Positions 38,844 to 48,527 are shown, counted from the first letter of the stretch. The stretch: DNA of 64,000 bases from Bacteroidia bacterium (GCA_026391555.1 JAPLEB010000093.1:16821-80820); one strand, 5' to 3'. Notes: generated by a model from the sequence alone, not told the origin. Translations and numbers: made by a program.

Positions 38844-39981
38844 TATAGTAAATAACCTTATTATAAAATTCTACGACCTTTGAAGATTCATTTTCCCAAT
38901 TTACAGATTCTGAAGCGATAATAGAATTTTTCTTCAATTCTGAGAGCAAGCATCGGTCATCTCTTAATTCAATCAGGGCCTTAGATATCTCTTCCGGGGT
39001 CACTTCCGGAATAATCATCCCACATCTGTTTTCCAGAATGATATTTTTTACCTCTGTAAGATCACTTGCAATTACAGGAATTCCGGCACTTATATAATCA
39101 AACAATTTATTTGGAAGACTAAATTTGTAATTCAGGTTAGTATTCTTATCGAGACTAATTCCTGCATCAGCTGATTTAGTATATCTGATAAGTTCTTTCC
39201 ATTGAAGTTTAGGAATAAACTTCACCCTTTCCGCAATATCCATTTCCTTCACCATAGTTTTTAATGCTTCAAGATTATCTCCTGCACCTACAACAAGTAA
39301 TGAAACATTACCAGTCTTATGAACTGCTTCAATTAGTTCTTCCACTCCCCTGTCTATATTAATACCCGTACCCTGGTAAATCAGCAGAAGATGATCTTTG
39401 CTTATTCCCAATTCATAACGTGAGTAACCGATTATATCAGTAGTTGATCTTGAGCAATTCCTGATTATCGCAAGTCTGATACCATATTCATTTTCGTACA
39501 AACTTGCAATTGAATCATTTACAGTCATAACATGTTTCAACCTTGGAAAAATCATCTTCTCAATACTCTTCCAGACCCATTTTACTAACGGTCTGTTCTG
39601 AATCTCCGGTACACCGGTAAAATATTCATGCGAATCATAAACAAGGGTCAGCTTCTTTAGTCTTGAAACAATAAAATTCGGTAATAATGTATCGAGGTCG
39701 TTTGATACAAGAATGTCGTATTTATGAAAAAGAAGATAAAAAAATAACCTGATATTATAAAATTTATAGAAGAGGAATCCTCTTTTGAAGAGCATTTTGA
39801 ATCTTCTAGTCCTGAAGGGAACAGAATCATAATCGCAGCAACCACCTGATTTTCGACCTATTATAGTGATCTCACAACCCAAGCAACTGACAGTCTCTGC
39901 AATCTTCAGCACACGCTGGTCGTGGCAGATGCAGTTGGTAACAGAGAATGCTACTTTGGTTTTATGTGAGCGAGAAGGCAT
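38836..39981 (-). CDS. Glycosyltransferase family 4
   Basis: DQRVLK, VYDSHEYF, SLPNKLFDYISAGIPVIASD. Confidence 0.9.
   Translation of the reverse strand: MPSRSHKTKVAFSVTNCICHDQRVLKIAETVSCLGCEITIIGRKSGGCCDYDSVPFRTRRFKMLFKRGFLFYKFYNIRLFFYLLFHKYDILVSNDLDTLLPNFIVSRLKKLTLVYDSHEYFTGVPEIQNRPLVKWVWKSIEKMIFPRLKHVMTVNDSIASLYENEYGIRLAIIRNCSRSTTDIIGYSRYELGISKDHLLLIYQGTGINIDRGVEELIEAVHKTGNVSLLVVGAGDNLEALKTMVKEMDIAERVKFIPKLQWKELIRYTKSADAGISLDKNTNLNYKFSLPNKLFDYISAGIPVIASDLTEVKNIILENRCGMIIPEVTPEEISKALIELRDDRCLLSELKKNSIIASESVNWENESSKVVEFYNKVIYYNG
38858..38931. repeat. Direct repeat copy B (within the GT4 3' end)
   Basis: Matches 36056-36129 at 72/74 positions. Confidence 0.95.
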
Positions 39982-40071
39982 GGGGTAAAATTACTAAAAT
40001 CCGGGGAATAGGGAAAGGGGTGATGGGGAGAATGGAGGAAATTTGTACTTTTACATCAAATTGAGACATTT

Positions 40072-41088
40072 ATGATCTATAAAAATATCTCACTGAAAAA
40101 ATTTAATACCTTCGGTCTTGATTGCATGGCTGATTGCATGATCCGTATCAGGAATGAGAAGGAAGCAATATCACTTTTCAGGGGAGAAATTTCCTGGAAA
40201 AAACCTTTTCTTATCATTGGAGGTGGAAGTAATATACTGTTTACCAGCGATTTTAAAGGTACAATTCTCTATCCTGAAATAGGCGGAATTAAAGTTGAAG
40301 TAAAAGACCAGGAATATGTCATTATCTCGGCCGGTGCCGGTGTAAATTGGGACAAACTGGTTGAATGGACAGTTAATAAAGGATATGGTGGTTTGGAGAA
40401 CCTCTCATTGATTCCGGGTCTGGTCGGGGCTACTCCTGTTCAGAACATCGGCGCTTATGGGGTTGAAGTGAAAGATACAATAGAAAAAGTCATAGCTGTT
40501 TCTATTGACGATGGGGCCATAACAGAATTCAGTAAAAATGACTGCCGGTTTGGTTACAGAAACAGCACTTTTAAGAGCGAAAATAAAGGTAAATACCTGG
40601 TAATCAGAGTTTATTTTAAATTGACCATTAGCCCATTGCTTAATCTGAATTATGGTTCTCTGAAAGAAGAGGTGACTAAACTGGGAAGTGTAACATTGAA
40701 AAATGCCAGACAAGCTGTAATAAATATAAGGAGAAGCAAATTACCTGACCCTGAAATCATTGGTAATGCAGGAAGCTTCTTCAAGAATCCGGTTGTGAGC
40801 AGTTCTGCTGCAGAGAGTCTCAATAATAGGTATCCTCAGATGCCATCGTATAAAGACCAGTCAGGAGGTACCAAACTGGCAGCCGGATGGCTGATTGATC
40901 AGTGCGGCTGGAAAGGCAAAAGGGTCGGAGATGCAGGCGTGCACGATAAACAGGCTTTAGTCCTGGTAAACTATGGAAAAGCGACCGGAAAAGAAATCTA
41001 CAACCTTTCTGAAAAAATTATAAAATCTGTTCAGGAAAAATTCGGCATTGATTTGGAACGGGAAGTTGAAGTCGTTGGAACTATTTAA
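40072..41088 (+). CDS. murB: UDP-N-acetylenolpyruvoylglucosamine reductase
   Basis: GGGSNILF, GLENLSLIPG, QNIGAYG, GNAGSFFKNP, LEREV. Confidence 0.96.
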   Translation: MIYKNISLKKFNTFGLDCMADCMIRIRNEKEAISLFRGEISWKKPFLIIGGGSNILFTSDFKGTILYPEIGGIKVEVKDQEYVIISAGAGVNWDKLVEWTVNKGYGGLENLSLIPGLVGATPVQNIGAYGVEVKDTIEKVIAVSIDDGAITEFSKNDCRFGYRNSTFKSENKGKYLVIRVYFKLTISPLLNLNYGSLKEEVTKLGSVTLKNARQAVINIRRSKLPDPEIIGNAGSFFKNPVVSSSAAESLNNRYPQMPSYKDQSGGTKLAAGWLIDQCGWKGKRVGDAGVHDKQALVLVNYGKATGKEIYNLSEKIIKSVQEKFGIDLEREVEVVGTI

Positions 41089-42112
41089 ATATCTTCCTCT
41101 TATTAAGCTCTTTTTGATAAAGTGCTGCGTAATGGTTATGCTCGGTAAGTGTTTTGGAAAAGTTATGATACCCTGAAAAATCAGGTTTTGCAGCAAAATA
41201 TATATAATCGTGCTGTTCAGCATTTAGAACCGCGTCAATTCCTTCAATAGAAGGGCAACTAATGGGCCCGGGCGGAAAACCACGGTGCTTGTAAGTATTA
41301 TAAGGTGAGTCGGTATGCAGGTGCTTATGTAGAACTCTTGTAATTGTAAAATCATTTAACGCAAATTTTATTGTCGGACAAGCCTGCAGGGGAATACCTC
41401 TTTTTAATCTGTTCAGGTAGACACCGGCAATACGGGGCTTCTCATCAGGATTTACAACTTCATCATCAATAATAGAAGCAAGAATGGCGACCTCTTTTTG
41501 ATCGAGTCCCTTTTCTTGTGATTTTGCCAGTCGCTGATCATTCCAGAACAACCTGTATTCTTTCAACATCCTGTTATAAACTCCCTTAGCATCAGTATTC
41601 CAGTAAAATTCGTACGTGTTGGGGATGAACAATGCAATAATATTTTCCTTTTTAAATCCGTCAGAAAGAAAGTTAGAATCATCCGATAAAAAGCTGATTA
41701 TCTCAGAAGAGTCAGCTTCTATGTGTTTACTGATTTTCCCTGCCAGCTGGTTCAATGTCCTGATATTATGAAAGGTGATTTTGACAGGTGCCTGCCGGCC
41801 CGACCTCAGGAGATTGATTAATCCATTATAACTCAAGTCTTTGTCAATGACATATCTTCCGGGCTTAATAAGAGCCGGATAGTTTTTCTTATTCGCAACC
41901 CACTTAAGGACTTTCCGGTTTTTAATTATCAGGTTCGATTCAAGAGTATCAAGTACCTGTTCATAAGTTGAACTCGTTGGAATATAAATGACCTGATTAA
42001 TATCTTCTGCTTTGATGCTTACACCAAACAGATTCCTGTAAATCAGGATTAAAATGACCAAAACCAGAGTTCCAAGCCCTGACAAAAAATATAATATTTG
42101 CTTTTTCTTCAT
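41081..42112 (-). CDS. mltG: Endolytic transglycosylase
   Basis: N-terminal TM; LASIIDDE, IAGVYLNRL, SPYNTY, GFPPGPI, HNFSKT; -7 box at 42131-42138. Confidence 0.92.
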   Translation of the reverse strand: MKKKQILYFLSGLGTLVLVILILIYRNLFGVSIKAEDINQVIYIPTSSTYEQVLDTLESNLIIKNRKVLKWVANKKNYPALIKPGRYVIDKDLSYNGLINLLRSGRQAPVKITFHNIRTLNQLAGKISKHIEADSSEIISFLSDDSNFLSDGFKKENIIALFIPNTYEFYWNTDAKGVYNRMLKEYRLFWNDQRLAKSQEKGLDQKEVAILASIIDDEVVNPDEKPRIAGVYLNRLKRGIPLQACPTIKFALNDFTITRVLHKHLHTDSPYNTYKHRGFPPGPISCPSIEGIDAVLNAEQHDYIYFAAKPDFSGYHNFSKTLTEHNHYAALYQKELNKRKIFK

Positions 42113-42206
42113 TGTCTTTCAACCGGATTGCAAATTTACTGATATTGTTTAAAAGTACAAGTGGAACCGTCTGAATATCTATTGGTCTTGTGGTTATTCA
42201 GGTCTA

Positions 42207-42248
42207 TTTACTTTTGTCTTTTTACTTTTGTCTTTTTACTTTTGTCTT
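42207..42248. repeat. Tandem repeat, 3 x 14 bp
   Basis: (TTTACTTTTGTCTT)3 perfect, in a divergent intergenic region. Confidence 0.9.
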
Positions 42249-42339
42249 TTATCTTTTCTGACTCTCTCCCATTCTCCCCTTCGTAATTATTCCCATTATA
42301 TTTATAAATTTGTGTGATTGATTATCAAACTAATATTCG

Positions 42340-42714
42340 ATGAAAATGACAACATCAATGCTACTGATCCTTATTGGGATAGGGATACTAACCGGAGTTA
42401 TGGCAGGCATGCTGGGAATAGGAGGTGCAATAATAATGATCCCCGCTCTTGTATTTTTTATGGGATTCAGTCAACAGACTGCACAGGGAACCAGCCTTGC
42501 AGTGATGCTCCCCCCAATAGGAATTATTGCAGCTTACAATTACTATAAAGCAGGACAGGTAAATATCAAATTTGCCATTATCCTTGCGGTTTTTTTCCTG
42601 GTTGGTTCCTATTTTGGATCCAAGCTGGCATTGAATCTTCCCCAAACGTTACTTAAAAAAATATTTGGAATTCTTTTGCTTTTGGTTGCTGCAAAAATGC
42701 TTTTATCAAAATAA
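42340..42714 (+). CDS. Sulfite exporter TauE/SafE family protein (half-size)
   Basis: GMLGIGG, AQGTSLAVMLPPIG; 4 TM; -7 box TAAATTTG at 42305-42312. Confidence 0.85.
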   Translation: MKMTTSMLLILIGIGILTGVMAGMLGIGGAIIMIPALVFFMGFSQQTAQGTSLAVMLPPIGIIAAYNYYKAGQVNIKFAIILAVFFLVGSYFGSKLALNLPQTLLKKIFGILLLLVAAKMLLSK

Positions 42715-42716
42715 TT

Positions 42717-43361
42717 CTAGAACATAAGACCCACGCTAAGAAGAAATGCATTTTGTCTGTCATCCAAAGGAAACTTTGCCCCTCCGGTAAGCGCCTCAAT
42801 CTGGTTCTGGTATTTTTTAAGGCTTCCTTCATACCTTAAATCGATAATAAGTGTCTTTAATATATCAAGGCCCACACCCGCCTGATAGCCAAAGGTCATA
42901 TTGCTATACATATTTTTTAAATTCGGATCATCAATAAGCGCTTTGGGTGAATTGATCAGAAGCGAAGCTGCCGGACCGGCATTCAAACGGACAGGACCAA
43001 GTTTAAAGCCAAGCATAACAGGAATATCAAGTTTATTGAAACTCTGTTTTTGGGCCAATTTAACTGTAGGAGTCGCAAGATTGATAACGGAATATTCATT
43101 TGTTGTTGAAGAGAATAAAAACTCAGGTTGAATATATAAGCCAAACAAGCTGAGCCGGATGAAAGCGCCTCCATGGAATCCATAATTTGCGCCTTTAAGA
43201 GCCTCAACTGTATATGAAGTGGTTCCTGTAGTTACAGTTTTAAGTGTTTCCATCGATAGAGAAGTTGTACTCAATCCTGCTTTCAGACCATAATTAACCT
43301 GTGAGAAAGCCGGAATTGATAAAAGAACTATTAGAACAATTACAAATAATTTTTTCATCAT
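42717..43361 (-). CDS. Outer-membrane beta-barrel (porin family) protein
   Basis: Signal peptide, YGLKAG, IQPEFLF, LDIPVMLG, GYQAGVG, terminal Phe. Confidence 0.8.
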   Translation of the reverse strand: MMKKLFVIVLIVLLSIPAFSQVNYGLKAGLSTTSLSMETLKTVTTGTTSYTVEALKGANYGFHGGAFIRLSLFGLYIQPEFLFSSTTNEYSVINLATPTVKLAQKQSFNKLDIPVMLGFKLGPVRLNAGPAASLLINSPKALIDDPNLKNMYSNMTFGYQAGVGLDILKTLIIDLRYEGSLKKYQNQIEALTGGAKFPLDDRQNAFLLSVGLMF

Positions 43362-43653
43362 TTTAAGTTTTAAATTTTCTAAATCAAATAGTTAATAAAT
43401 AATCAGTATTGGAATAGACTATAAATATAACGTATATCAAAATAAAAAGGTTGCATTCGCTACCCACTTTTTAATCAGACCTCTTTTCAAAACGGAAGAA
43501 AAGTACATTTATTTTCAAGCCAGCGTCACAAAGATAACCTTATTCATCTGGTAAATTCCTTCCGGTTAAAGATAGACTAATAAAACAAATTGGAATAAAT
43601 AATTACCTTAGTAAAATGAACAGGGAAACAAATAATGCAAAATCCTTACTTCG

Positions 43654-45255
43654 ATGAAAAAGATTCTATTTTCAGTATTAACATTAAGTATTTTAACAAT
43701 ATCACTGAATTACGGACAGGTATCACCGGTGGAAAAAGGGCTTCAGGCAATTACTCCGGACGCAATAAAAGCTCAGTTTGGTTTTTTGGCCTCAGACTGG
43801 ACCGAAGGAAGAATGGCCGGAGAAAAAGGTGAATTTCTTTCAGCCGATTACATTGCCAGCATGCTTCAGTTATATGGCGTTAAACCAGGCGGGGATCTTC
43901 TCCAGACAAGAAGCCAGGGGAAAAATATTAACAGCAGTGAAATATCTTATTTTCAGAATTTCGTCCTGCTTAAAACTAATGCTGGTGATGAGCAGATACT
44001 TAAAGTAAAATCATCTGATGGTAAAATGGTGAAAACAACAAATTTCACCTATAATGTTGATTTTACCGTCAAACCTTCAGACCCCGGAATTGAAATTGAG
44101 GCACCCGTAGTATTTGCAGGTTATGGATTTATTAGTAGCAAACTAAAATACAACGATTTCAGCAAAATAGATGTAAAGGGAAAGTTCATATTGAGAATTT
44201 CAGGTATTCCAAAATTTATCAAGGAGACCCTCAATACAACAGAAACAGAATCCCTTGCCAGGGAAATGGAATCGACGTTAAAAGCAATGGGTGCGATAGG
44301 TATAATTGAGTTTAATCCCCAGGCAACAGTAGTTGGTAATCCTGATAGTAGAGAATTTGTGAATTTGTCTCCATCAGAGGGAACTCCGCGATCAGGAAAA
44401 CCTTATGCAAGCTTCTCAATACCAGGGAAAAAGAGTGCCGACAACCTTATCAGAATAGGGGTATCGGTAAAAACAGCTAATGAAATATTGAAGGGGACCG
44501 GGGTTAATTTTGATGATTACATTAAGAAAACCGATGCCAACGAACCATTTTTGATACCTCCTGTAACCGATAAGTCTATCTATTTTAAAACGACTATAAA
44601 AACAACTCAGGTTGCAGTAAGAAATGTTATCGGGATAATTGAAGGCACTAATCCGGAACAGGTCATTGTCCTTGGTGCCCATTACGATCATTTAGGTATC
44701 GGCAATGGATATATATGGAATGGTGCTGACGATAATGGGTCAGGAACCGTAGGGGTTATGACCCTGGCAAAGGCAATTATGGAAACCGGTAAAAAACCGG
44801 AGAAAACTATAATTTTTGCCTTATGGACAGCAGAAGAAGAGGGACTTTTAGGATCGCGTTATTGGGTTCAGAATCCTACTTGTCCATTAAAAAATATCAG
44901 GCTGAATGTAAACTTTGATATGATCTCAAGATATTTTTCTGATGATGAACCAAAGAAAGTCACGATGACATATACCAGTTCATGCCCCGGTTTTAAGGAT
45001 ATGACGATAGCTAACCTTAAAAAGTATGATATTGATCTTATAGTTGACTATCAGCCTTCAGCCGATCCCACGGGAGGGACTGATCACAGGTCTTTTGTTA
45101 ATGCAGGCATCCCGATAATGAGATTCAAACCAGGTCATCGTGAAGAGTATCATACACCTAAGGATGAACTCAATACAATTGACTGGGATATTATGGAAAA
45201 GATAATCAGGATCAATTTCTCCAATGTATGGGAACTGGCTAATACAAATTGGTAG
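43654..45255 (+). CDS. M28 family zinc aminopeptidase with PA domain
   Basis: GAHYDH, GADDNGSG, AEEEGLLGS, NFDM, TDH, YHTPKD. Confidence 0.9.
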   Translation: MKKILFSVLTLSILTISLNYGQVSPVEKGLQAITPDAIKAQFGFLASDWTEGRMAGEKGEFLSADYIASMLQLYGVKPGGDLLQTRSQGKNINSSEISYFQNFVLLKTNAGDEQILKVKSSDGKMVKTTNFTYNVDFTVKPSDPGIEIEAPVVFAGYGFISSKLKYNDFSKIDVKGKFILRISGIPKFIKETLNTTETESLAREMESTLKAMGAIGIIEFNPQATVVGNPDSREFVNLSPSEGTPRSGKPYASFSIPGKKSADNLIRIGVSVKTANEILKGTGVNFDDYIKKTDANEPFLIPPVTDKSIYFKTTIKTTQVAVRNVIGIIEGTNPEQVIVLGAHYDHLGIGNGYIWNGADDNGSGTVGVMTLAKAIMETGKKPEKTIIFALWTAEEEGLLGSRYWVQNPTCPLKNIRLNVNFDMISRYFSDDEPKKVTMTYTSSCPGFKDMTIANLKKYDIDLIVDYQPSADPTGGTDHRSFVNAGIPIMRFKPGHREEYHTPKDELNTIDWDIMEKIIRINFSNVWELANTNW

Positions 45256-45257
45256 AT

Positions 45258-45623
45258 TTATTGATACTCAATATATTGACTGTTCTGTCTTAATTCCAGA
45301 AAATCATCACCGATTTCGCGATAGCCGTATTCAAAGCAATAATGAAACTCATGGCCCTGCGATGTTTCGATATTATGGGTAAAGAAACTGAAGTTATAAC
45401 CAAGGGCAAACAGAGCATCTTTATGAATTTTTATTTTACCCTCAGCATACAGATCAGCAAGAATTCTTCTGTTCTTTCTCAACAACCCGTGAACATTTCT
45501 GACAAAATTGTTTGAATCGCGGTTCAGTCGGTTGTTGTAGTTATTCCGGCACTGGTCAGAACAGAATTTTTTATCAGTACGGCCACGTAAGGTGTCACCG
45601 CAATCGAGACATTTTTTTTCCAC
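45258..45623 (-). CDS. Hypothetical protein with N-terminal zinc finger (CxxC...KKFCSxxC), Bacteroidota-type
   Basis: CLDCGDTLRGRTDKKFCSDQCRNNYNN, LRKNRRIL, YCFEYGY; GTG start at 45623 inferred. Confidence 0.75.
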   Translation of the reverse strand: MEKKCLDCGDTLRGRTDKKFCSDQCRNNYNNRLNRDSNNFVRNVHGLLRKNRRILADLYAEGKIKIHKDALFALGYNFSFFTHNIETSQGHEFHYCFEYGYREIGDDFLELRQNSQYIEYQ

Positions 45624-45659
45624 AGCACTAATGTTTTGATAAAGATATATAAAAACGTT

Positions 45660-45720
45660 TTCAAACGGATACAAACGACTATAAATGATTACAAACCGTG
45701 TATAAATGATTAATAACCGG
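45660..45720. repeat. Degenerate ~10-bp-period direct repeat array in a divergent promoter
   Basis: TTCAAACGGA/TACAAACGAC/TATAAATGAT/TACAAACCGT(G)/TATAAATGAT/TAATAACCGG. Confidence 0.65.
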
Positions 45721-45787
45721 AACAGTATCAGAGGGTGGCTTAAGTTTGCTAAGAAATTAAACTAATGTTAAATTAAAACTTAAAGTC

Positions 45788-46159
45788 ATGAATTCATTAA
45801 AAAACAGAGTCACACTGATTGGAAATCTTGGTCAGGATCCGGAAACAAAAACCACCGAGAGTGGAAAAAAAGTTACCAATTTCACACTTGCCACCGATGA
45901 TGGTTATAAAAATTCTGATGGCCAGAAGGTAAGCGAAACTACATGGCACAATATTGTTGCCTGGAACGGGCTGGCTGAAATCGCCGGGAAGTACCTGAAA
46001 AAAGGCCGGCAGGTGGCGGTTGAAGGTAGGATCGTCTATCGCACTTATGAGGACAAGAAGGGTGTCACAAAGTACATAACTGAGATTGTTCTTAATGATC
46101 TTATTCTGCTCAGATCAGGTAAGGATGAGGGAAAAGAGGAACCGGACAAAGGTGAATAG
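45788..46159 (+). CDS. ssb: Single-stranded DNA-binding protein (short form)
   Basis: NRVTLIGNLGQDPE, FTLAT, TTWHNIVAW, KKGRQVAVEG, YITEIV; -7 box TAAGTTTG at 45741-45748. Confidence 0.95.
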   Translation: MNSLKNRVTLIGNLGQDPETKTTESGKKVTNFTLATDDGYKNSDGQKVSETTWHNIVAWNGLAEIAGKYLKKGRQVAVEGRIVYRTYEDKKGVTKYITEIVLNDLILLRSGKDEGKEEPDKGE

Positions 46160-46166
46160 TCAGGAG

Positions 46167-46231
46167 AATCGAAAATCGGTCGCTGCATTTTCGATTAATA
46201 GAGGTTGTCAATGACAGCCTCTATTTTTTTT
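46167..46231 (+). terminator. Intrinsic terminator after ssb, preceded by a second hairpin
   Basis: AATCGAAAAT/ATTTTCGATT stem (46167-46196), then AATAGAGGTTGTC-AAT-GACAGCCTCTATT plus T-run. Confidence 0.85.
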
Positions 46232-46329
46232 GTATTCTGCTAAATATCAGTGATATCAACATTACTCCTGTAATCCCCAAGATGAGGTTCAGCAAAATAT
46301 AATTAAATCGACTTATCAGGATCAGGGGT

Positions 46330-46905
46330 CTATTCCCCCGAGCAATCCCTTCCGGCTTTAAGCGCTTTCAGATTAGCTTCAACAATCGCTTCACCTTTTC
46401 TTCCAAATAACTTCCTGATCGCATTTTCGAGACTCACAAAGGACATATCAATAAACGGCGACGCAGCTCCCAGAATTACAATATTACCGGACCGTGCAGA
46501 TCCCGCTTCCTTCGCTATAGTATCTGCATCAATAATAATATGGTTTTTTATCTTTTTTATCTCTTTAATAATCTCATCTATAGGTGGATAGTCAGGTATA
46601 TTAATAAAAGGGGTTGAGTTGGTTACCAGCCAACCATTTTTTGAAAGCCATGGAAGATATCTCAATGATTCCATCGGTTCAACAGAGATTATAAGGTTGG
46701 CTCTTCCATAAGGGATCAGATCAGAATAAACCGGCTTATCTGAAAGCCTCAGATGCGACTGAACATCTCCCCCTCTCTGGCTCATCCCATGTACTTCCGA
46801 TTGTTTGAGAAAAAGGTTATTAGCAACCGCAGCCAGACCAATTGTCGCAGCAATTGAAAGGATGCCCTGTCCTCCTACTCCTGATAATATTATGTCGTTC
46901 TTCAT
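46330..46905 (-). CDS. iorB: Indolepyruvate ferredoxin oxidoreductase beta subunit
   Basis: GVGGQG, SEVHGMSQRGGDV, NIVILGA. Confidence 0.93.
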   Translation of the reverse strand: MKNDIILSGVGGQGILSIAATIGLAAVANNLFLKQSEVHGMSQRGGDVQSHLRLSDKPVYSDLIPYGRANLIISVEPMESLRYLPWLSKNGWLVTNSTPFINIPDYPPIDEIIKEIKKIKNHIIIDADTIAKEAGSARSGNIVILGAASPFIDMSFVSLENAIRKLFGRKGEAIVEANLKALKAGRDCSGE

Positions 46906-46925
46906 TGAAATTCATTTTGGTGTTA

Positions 46926-48527
46926 TTAGTTTGAAGCTTCTGATCTTTTTCTTTTAGTTGCAGTCTGAATACATTCGCGTGAAGCAATAATCACTGATAC
47001 TCCCCTATATTCAAATTCTTCTTTCATTATACGTATATTTTCCTCGTGATTCTTACGTAATGGTATAATGGTTTTCAGGTGCTCCCGTGAAACTCCGATG
47101 CCTTCACAAATCTGTTCGATCCGGCCGGTAGCCTGAGATTGCTGACCGCCTGTCATCCCTGCAGTTGAATTATCGGATATTATTATCGTTACTGATGAGT
47201 TTTTTACTACGGCATCGAGCAGGCCGGTCATACCGGAATGGGTAAAAGTTGAATCTCCTATTACGGCAACCGATGGTAACAAGCCTGCATCGGCTGCTCC
47301 AACCGCCATGGTAACAGAAGCACCCATATCGACACAAGAATTTATTGCATTATATGGAGGTAGTGCTGCCAGGGTATAACAGCCTATATCGGAAAATACA
47401 CGTCCCGGGCCATAAGATTTAACAGCTTCTATTAAAGAATTGAACATATCGGCATGTCCGCATCCCTTGCAAAAGGAGGGTGGTCTCATTTTAACCAGCG
47501 ACGGAACCTCTTCACCATAAATAACCGGTAAGCCAAGAGCCTTTGCAACAATAGCCGGGTTTAGTTCCCCATCGCGTGGAACCGTTCCATCAAGTCTGCC
47601 ATAAATTTTTATTCCATTATCAAGAATTCCTCTTAAGGCTTCTTCAACAAGAGGGGCCCCCTCTTCAAGGATAAGAACCTCATTGCACCTATCTGTAATA
47701 TCCTTAATAAGGTCTTTTGGGAAAGGGTATGCTGATATCTTCAGTACCGGAAAATCATCGATAGAGCTATCTATATTCTCCATCAGGTAGTTATAGGCTA
47801 TTCCACAGGCAATTATTCCAATATCTCTTTTTCTGCCATCTTTAAAAGAGTTATATTTCGAAATTATGTTTTCATATCTTAATGATTCATAAGATGATAG
47901 CAAAGCATTGTATTTTTTCCTTGCAATTGATGGAAGAAGAACAAACTGGAAAAGATCGGCAGGCAGTTGTAGTTTTTTTTCAGGAAGAACTTCTTTTAAC
48001 TGAACACTTGCCCTTGAATGTGCAAGACGTGTAGTTATCCTGAAAAGAACCGGCAGTTTATATTTTTCTGAAGCTTCAAAAGCATCAAAAATCATTTCAT
48101 ACGCTTCCTGCTGGTTTGATGGTTCAAAGCATGGTACCAGAGCGAATTTCCCATAGAATCTTGAATCCTGTTCATTCTGTGAAGAATGCATTGACGGGTC
48201 GTCAGCCGAGACCACTATCAGTCCACCATTTACTCCTGTCATGGCAGAATTAATAAAACCGTCGGCAGCAACATTCAGACCAACATGTTTCATGGCAACC
48301 ATAGCCCTTTTGCCGGCATAGGACATGCCAAGAGCAGCCTCAATGGCAGTCTTTTCATTTGCTGACCACCCCCTGTGAATGTTACGGTCAGAAGCATCTT
48401 TTGATGATTGAATATACTCCATTATCTCGGTTGAAGGAGTTCCGGGGTAAGCATACATGCCGCTTAAACCTGCATCTAAAGCAGCCTGAGCTATCGCTTC
48501 ATCACCTAATAACAGTAGTTTTTTCAT
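46926..48527 (-). CDS. iorA: Indolepyruvate ferredoxin oxidoreductase alpha subunit
   Basis: YPGTPSTE, NEKTA, KHVGLNVA, SSQNEQD, FCKGCGH, DIGCY, GDSTFTHSG, MTGGQ. Confidence 0.93.
   Translation of the reverse strand: MKKLLLLGDEAIAQAALDAGLSGMYAYPGTPSTEIMEYIQSSKDASDRNIHRGWSANEKTAIEAALGMSYAGKRAMVAMKHVGLNVAADGFINSAMTGVNGGLIVVSADDPSMHSSQNEQDSRFYGKFALVPCFEPSNQQEAYEMIFDAFEASEKYKLPVLFRITTRLAHSRASVQLKEVLPEKKLQLPADLFQFVLLPSIARKKYNALLSSYESLRYENIISKYNSFKDGRKRDIGIIACGIAYNYLMENIDSSIDDFPVLKISAYPFPKDLIKDITDRCNEVLILEEGAPLVEEALRGILDNGIKIYGRLDGTVPRDGELNPAIVAKALGLPVIYGEEVPSLVKMRPPSFCKGCGHADMFNSLIEAVKSYGPGRVFSDIGCYTLAALPPYNAINSCVDMGASVTMAVGAADAGLLPSVAVIGDSTFTHSGMTGLLDAVVKNSSVTIIISDNSTAGMTGGQQSQATGRIEQICEGIGVSREHLKTIIPLRKNHEENIRIMKEEFEYRGVSVIIASRECIQTATKRKRSEASN

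Noticed and set aside
42207-42248. Possible CRISPR array
   Set aside because: Contiguous 14-bp tandem units with no spacers and no cas genes
45624-45674. N-terminal extension of the Zn-finger ORF given in the track
   Set aside because: Overlaps the promoter/repeat region; the conserved-looking sequence begins at GTG 45623
45660-45720. Possible CRISPR array or plasmid iterons
   Set aside because: Units are 10 bp, degenerate and unspaced; no cas or rep gene nearby; chromosomal context
46926-48527. iorA as a truncated pseudogene (no C-terminal ferredoxin domain)
   Set aside because: Short IorA of this length is the form I recall for Bacteroidales; clean stop and normal spacing to iorB
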